Positions 60,121-64,000 of a stretch of DNA of 64,000 bases are shown here, piece by piece. Both the position numbers and the translations under genes were made by a program. How positions within the stretch are numbered: position 1 is the first letter of the stretch; each line of letters opens with the position of its first letter. Source of the DNA: an uncultured Nitrospiraceae bacterium (GTDB lineage: Bacteria > Nitrospirota > Nitrospiria > Nitrospirales > Nitrospiraceae); the NCBI GenBank assembly GCA_963730935.1, contig CAVSTP010000001.1:32001-96000 (forward strand), given 5' to 3'. The notes beneath the pieces are model-generated. The model did no database searches and had not been told where the DNA came from. It saw only the letters and a program-made list of their open reading frames with translations.

Positions 60121-60580
60121 GGTAGTGGTATTTGCGGAAGCAGGTTCATTGATCGGGAATAGGAAGAGGTCAATCAGACGCCGGTAAGGAATCCGGGATA
60201 CGATTACATCGCTGCAAGAATGAATGTGGGTTTGTCGATGCTGGTCCCGTTGAGAGAGTGGAATCTGTCGCAAGGAGTCCTGTTCCTCCTATCGACCCTC
60301 GCTGCCATCCTGGACACAATTGCTGAGTACGTCGTGCCGGCCGAATGGGAGTTCCGTGCCGGTAGACCGGCGGTCGTGACGGTGTCGATACCGTTACGGT
60401 CGGTCAGAGCGCGTCTCGGGCGAGTGCGTCCTCTGAGACAGACCGTGGGAGGTCAGGTGTGGAGACAGGCACGCTCCGCTCTTCCAACAACACGTTCATC
60501 CTTCCGAAGTCGTTCCTCTGGATAGCCGGTCGGTCGGCCTCCTCTCACGCTCCCATCTGTCCCCTTCCCTTTCCGCTACC
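60121..60580 (+). ncRNA. Putative large structured RNA (~460 nt) at the usual 6S RNA locus, or a structured rny leader
   Basis: 5' arm 60121-60191 is colinearly complementary to 3' arm 60513-60580 and encloses about six hairpins; own promoter; no convincing CDS. Confidence 0.55.
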
Positions 60581-60644
60581 CTTTTGAATCTCTGCCGTAA
60601 GAGTCATACGGTGGTGCGACCTCAATTTTGAAAGGGTCCATCCT

Positions 60645-62213
60645 ATGTCGACCTCCATGCTGTTGTACATATTCGTAGGTCTGATAGGCGCATTGCTCGG
60701 AGTCGGTCTCTATGAAGTGGCGCGCCGTTCCTCTGCGAACTCGAAGCGCGCTCAAGAAGCGGACCAGTCACGCCAAATGATCCAAAACGCCCAGCGTGAA
60801 GCCGAAAACATCGTGAAGGAAGCCAAGCTGGAGGCGAAGGATCTGGTGTTCCAATCCAAGACGGAACTAGAGAAGGAACAGAAGGCGAAGCTTCTGGAAT
60901 TCGCCACAACTGAGAAGCGCCTGGTCCAACGCGAAGAAGCCATCGACAAGCGGATCGGTGTCATCGACAAGCGTGATGGCGAGGGCCAAAAGCGTGAACA
61001 GGACTTGATGAAGAAAGAGGAGAAGCTCCTCGCGAAGGAAGCGGCATGCGCCCAGGCGGAACGCGAGCACCGCGAGGCGTTGGAGCGCGTCGCGGGCCTG
61101 ACGGCCGATGAAGCGAAGAAGCAGCTGCTCCAGGAAATGGAAAGTCAGGCCCGGCTGGATGCCGCCGGGATCGCCAAGCGGACGCTGGAAGAGGCTAGAG
61201 AGAATGCCGAGCGGGAAGCGCGAGAAATCATCACGACATCCATTCAGCGCGTCGTGCGCGATTATGTGTCGGAATCCACCATCTCAGTCGTGCCCATTCC
61301 CAACGATGCCATGAAGGGGCGCATCATCGGCCGAGAGGGGCGCAATATCCGCGCCATCGAAGCCGCGACCGGCATCGATCTGATCATCGACGAGACGCCT
61401 GAAGCGGTGATCATCTCGGGATTCGATCCGTTACGACGCGAAATTGCCAAAGTCTCACTCGAGCGGCTGATGCATGACGGACGCATCCACCCCACGCGGA
61501 TCGAGGAGATCGTCGAAAAGGTCAAGGTGGATATCGACAAGCTGATGTATGAGGAAGCGGAGAAGATCATCTTCGAGCTGGGCTTGTCCGACTTCCACCC
61601 TGAGTTGATCAAAGTCCTGGGTCGACTGAAATACCGGACCAGCTATGGACAAAATAACCTCTACCACGCACGTGAAGCCTCGTATATCTGCGGCATCATG
61701 GCCTCCGAACTCGGATTGGACGTGCGGCTCGCCCGACGAGGTGCCTTGCTGCACGATATCGGCAAGGCGGTGAGTCATGAAGAAGAAGGGCCTCATGCCA
61801 TGCTCGGTGCAGAAATCGCCAAGAAATACGGGGAGAGCGAAAAAATCGTCAACGCCATCGCGGCACACCACGAACAGGTGCCGCCCATTTGCCCTGAATC
61901 CGTGCTCGTGGCCGCCGCCGAAGCCTTGTCGGCCGCCCGCCCTGGGGCGAGGCGCGAGGCGCTCGAGTCTTACGTGAAGCGCTTGGAGAAATTGGAATCG
62001 CTCGCGCATGCGCTGAAAGGCGTGCAGAAGGCGTACGCCATCCAAGCAGGCAGGGAGATTCGCGTGATTGTTCGCCAAGAAGACGTGACGGACAGCGAGT
62101 CGTTTCAGTTGTCGAGAGAGTTGGCCAAGAAGATTGAGCAGGAATTGACGTATCCCGGCCAGATCAAGGTGACGGTGATCCGAGAAAGCCGCTACATCGA
62201 GTACGCCAAATGA
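60645..62213 (+). CDS. rny: Ribonuclease Y
   Basis: N-terminal TM, coiled coil, KH domain (MKGRIIGREGRNIR), HD domain (LLHDIGKA) and SAARPGAR. Confidence 0.97.
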   Translation: MSTSMLLYIFVGLIGALLGVGLYEVARRSSANSKRAQEADQSRQMIQNAQREAENIVKEAKLEAKDLVFQSKTELEKEQKAKLLEFATTEKRLVQREEAIDKRIGVIDKRDGEGQKREQDLMKKEEKLLAKEAACAQAEREHREALERVAGLTADEAKKQLLQEMESQARLDAAGIAKRTLEEARENAEREAREIITTSIQRVVRDYVSESTISVVPIPNDAMKGRIIGREGRNIRAIEAATGIDLIIDETPEAVIISGFDPLRREIAKVSLERLMHDGRIHPTRIEEIVEKVKVDIDKLMYEEAEKIIFELGLSDFHPELIKVLGRLKYRTSYGQNNLYHAREASYICGIMASELGLDVRLARRGALLHDIGKAVSHEEEGPHAMLGAEIAKKYGESEKIVNAIAAHHEQVPPICPESVLVAAAEALSAARPGARREALESYVKRLEKLESLAHALKGVQKAYAIQAGREIRVIVRQEDVTDSESFQLSRELAKKIEQELTYPGQIKVTVIRESRYIEYAK

Positions 62214-62989
62214 AAGTCTTGTTCATCGGGGATATCATGGGAGAGCCGGGACGGCGCGCCGTGGCGCGAATGGTGCCGCGCCTTGTCTCCCAGCGCCAGA
62301 TCGACGTCGTCGTGGGGAACGGCGAAAATGCGGCGGGAGGATTTGGAATCACGCCAGAGCTGGCTGAGGAATTGTTTCGCGCGGGCTTGTCTGCGATCAC
62401 TACCGGCAACCACGCATGGGATAAGAAGGAGATCCTGGATTATTTTCCCCGCGAACGACGCTTGCTGCGGCCCGCCAATTATCCGGACGGCGTGCCCGGT
62501 CAGGGCAGCGTGATCGTGCAGGCTAAGAACGGAGAAGAAATTGGAATCTTACAGTTGATGGGGCGCGCTTACATGCCAACCTTGGATTGTCCCTTCCAGG
62601 TCGCCAAACGGGAAATGGGGAAGTTGAGGAAGCGGGTCGCCGCGGTGCTCGTGGACATGCATGCCGAGGCCACGTCAGAAAAAATGGCGATGGGCCATTA
62701 TCTTGATGGCGAAGCGACGGCCGTGGTCGGTACTCACACGCATGTGCAAACCGCTGACGAACAGATTCTTCCCAGGGGCACGGCCTATTTGACGGATATC
62801 GGCATGACTGGCCCGCTGCATGGCGTCATCGGAGTGAAGAAGGAACTTGCCATCGAGAAGTTTTTGACCGGGATGCCGAAGCGCTTCGAGGTCGCCTCAG
62901 GTCCCACGGTGTTTTGTGCCGCCCTCCTCGAGTTGGATGCACGAATCGGGAAGGCTCTGTCGATCGAACGAGTGCGCATTCTCGACTAA
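62210..62989 (+). CDS. ymdB: YmdB-family metallophosphoesterase (TIGR00282)
   Basis: IGDI.G.PGR, NGEN.AGG.G, GNH.WD, RPANYP, DMHAEATSEK, GTHTHV and D.GMTG motifs. Confidence 0.93.
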   Translation: MKVLFIGDIMGEPGRRAVARMVPRLVSQRQIDVVVGNGENAAGGFGITPELAEELFRAGLSAITTGNHAWDKKEILDYFPRERRLLRPANYPDGVPGQGSVIVQAKNGEEIGILQLMGRAYMPTLDCPFQVAKREMGKLRKRVAAVLVDMHAEATSEKMAMGHYLDGEATAVVGTHTHVQTADEQILPRGTAYLTDIGMTGPLHGVIGVKKELAIEKFLTGMPKRFEVASGPTVFCAALLELDARIGKALSIERVRILD

Positions 62990-62992
62990 CGG

Positions 62993-64000
62993 ATGTCGGC
63001 CACCAAACAACAGACGTTGTTTCACCCCGCCAAGTCGATCCTCACCGTCTCCCAACTCACCGGCCTGCTCCGGACGTCCATCGAATCACAGTTTGCCGAT
63101 CTCTGGCTTGAAGGAGAGGTGTCTAACCTACGGATGCCGGGATCCGGACACGTGTACTGCACGCTCAAAGATGAATTCAGCCAGATTCGGGCCGTGCTGT
63201 TCCGTTCCAGCGCCGCGCGTCTGAAATTCACCCTGCAGGAAGGTATGTGCATCATTGTCCGTGGCCGGCTCACCGTCTATGAACCGCGGGGAGAGTATCA
63301 GATCGTCCTGGACAGCGTTGAGCCCAAGGGGATCGGCGCGCTGCAGTTGGCGTTCGAGCAGCTCAAGGCACGGCTCGCCGGCGAAGGCTTGTTCGACGAG
63401 GCCAAGAAAACACCGTTGCCCCCGTTTCCGTCCAGGGTCGGCGTCGTCACGTCCCCGACCGGAGCCGCTATTCGGGACATGCTCTCGGTGCTTCATCGGA
63501 GGTGGCCGACGCTGCATATCATCCTCGCCCCGGTGCCGGTGCAGGGAGAGGGCGCCGCTCAGCATATTGCGAATGCGGTGGCCTTGTTGAACGAGGAAGA
63601 TCTCGTGGATGTCATCATCGTCGGCCGGGGCGGCGGTTCTCTCGAGGATCTCTGGAGTTTCAATGAAGAGGTCTTGGTCCGCGCGATTGCGGCTTCTCGC
63701 GTCCCGGTCGTATCCGCTGTCGGTCATGAGACCGACGTGACGCTCGCAGATTTTGCCGCAGATCGTCGAGCGGCTACACCGTCCGCTGCCGCGGAAACCG
63801 TCGTGCCGGTGCTCGCCGAAGTGGTCGAGCGCTTGCGCGTACTGACGGTGCGCACGACACAGATGATGGGCAGACATTGCGTGTTTGAGCAACGGCGTCT
63901 TGAGGCCCAGATCGGCAGGCTGGCCCAGGTTCGGTTCCGCATCCGACAAGAATGGCAACGAACCCTGGAGATCGCCGACCATCTGAGGACGTTGACCTGC
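62993..64000 (+). CDS. xseA: Exodeoxyribonuclease VII large subunit, runs off the window
   Basis: Not in ORF track. Manual translation: ILTVSQLT..LR, W.EGEVSN, SGH.Y.TLKD, YEPRGEYQ, GVVTSPTGAAIRD, VGRGGGSLEDLWSFNEE, SAVGHETD. Confidence 0.95.
   Translation, partial: MSATKQQTLFHPAKSILTVSQLTGLLRTSIESQFADLWLEGEVSNLRMPGSGHVYCTLKDEFSQIRAVLFRSSAARLKFTLQEGMCIIVRGRLTVYEPRGEYQIVLDSVEPKGIGALQLAFEQLKARLAGEGLFDEAKKTPLPPFPSRVGVVTSPTGAAIRDMLSVLHRRWPTLHIILAPVPVQGEGAAQHIANAVALLNEEDLVDVIIVGRGGGSLEDLWSFNEEVLVRAIAASRVPVVSAVGHETDVTLADFAADRRAATPSAAAETVVPVLAEVVERLRVLTVRTTQMMGRHCVFEQRRLEAQIGRLAQVRFRIRQEWQRTLEIADHLRTLTC

Noticed and set aside
60220..60525. 101-aa ORF inside the zapA-rny gap
   Set aside because: No SD, no recognisable motif, R/S-rich tail; the region is better explained by dense RNA pairing. 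Not fully excluded without a conservation test.
60121..60580. Calling the element plain 6S RNA, RNase P RNA or tmRNA
   Set aside because: More than twice the usual 6S length and multibranched; no GAGGAAAGTCC RNase P motif; no tRNA-like tmRNA ends.
1..64000. CRISPR arrays, tRNA/rRNA, IS elements, integrases, prophage, defence systems
   Set aside because: No spaced direct repeats, cloverleafs or mobility/phage proteins recognised; nearly all sequence is accounted for by host genes.

Overview
GC-rich bacterial chromosomal window. Gene content and order (split F0-only atp operon, zapB-zapA-rny-ymdB-xseA, many lineage-specific exported proteins) look Nitrospira-like; this is an inference, not tested. 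Contents: a DUF692/MNIO-dus-maf operon; pal; a triply broken Tat-exported molybdoenzyme pseudogene; a Kdo8N/LPS-core cluster (kdnA-kdsB-kdnB-heptosyltransferase-waaA); a Spy-ECF sigma-anti-sigma-mdtABC operon; an Mla/MCE-type ABC operon; a patch of exported and lipoprotein genes; ndh; a TMTC-like GT-C protein; a GH63 glucosidase; an MsbA-like exporter; bS22; nadB; pabB/pabC-like genes; atpI-B-E-F; rlmN-M16-M16-larE; slt; and zapB-zapA-rny-ymdB-xseA. Three genes are missing from the ORF track: a LOG-family gene and xseA (both cut by the window edges) and the 31-aa ribosomal protein bS22. The most striking unexplained element is a ~460-nt multi-stem non-coding region with its own promoter between zapA and rny, at the usual 6S RNA position but far larger. 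Next are the precursor-less, non-canonical MNIO coupled to dus/maf and the Kdo8N pathway. I saw no CRISPR array, tRNA, rRNA, integrase or transposase. All family calls come from motif recognition by eye, not from database searches.
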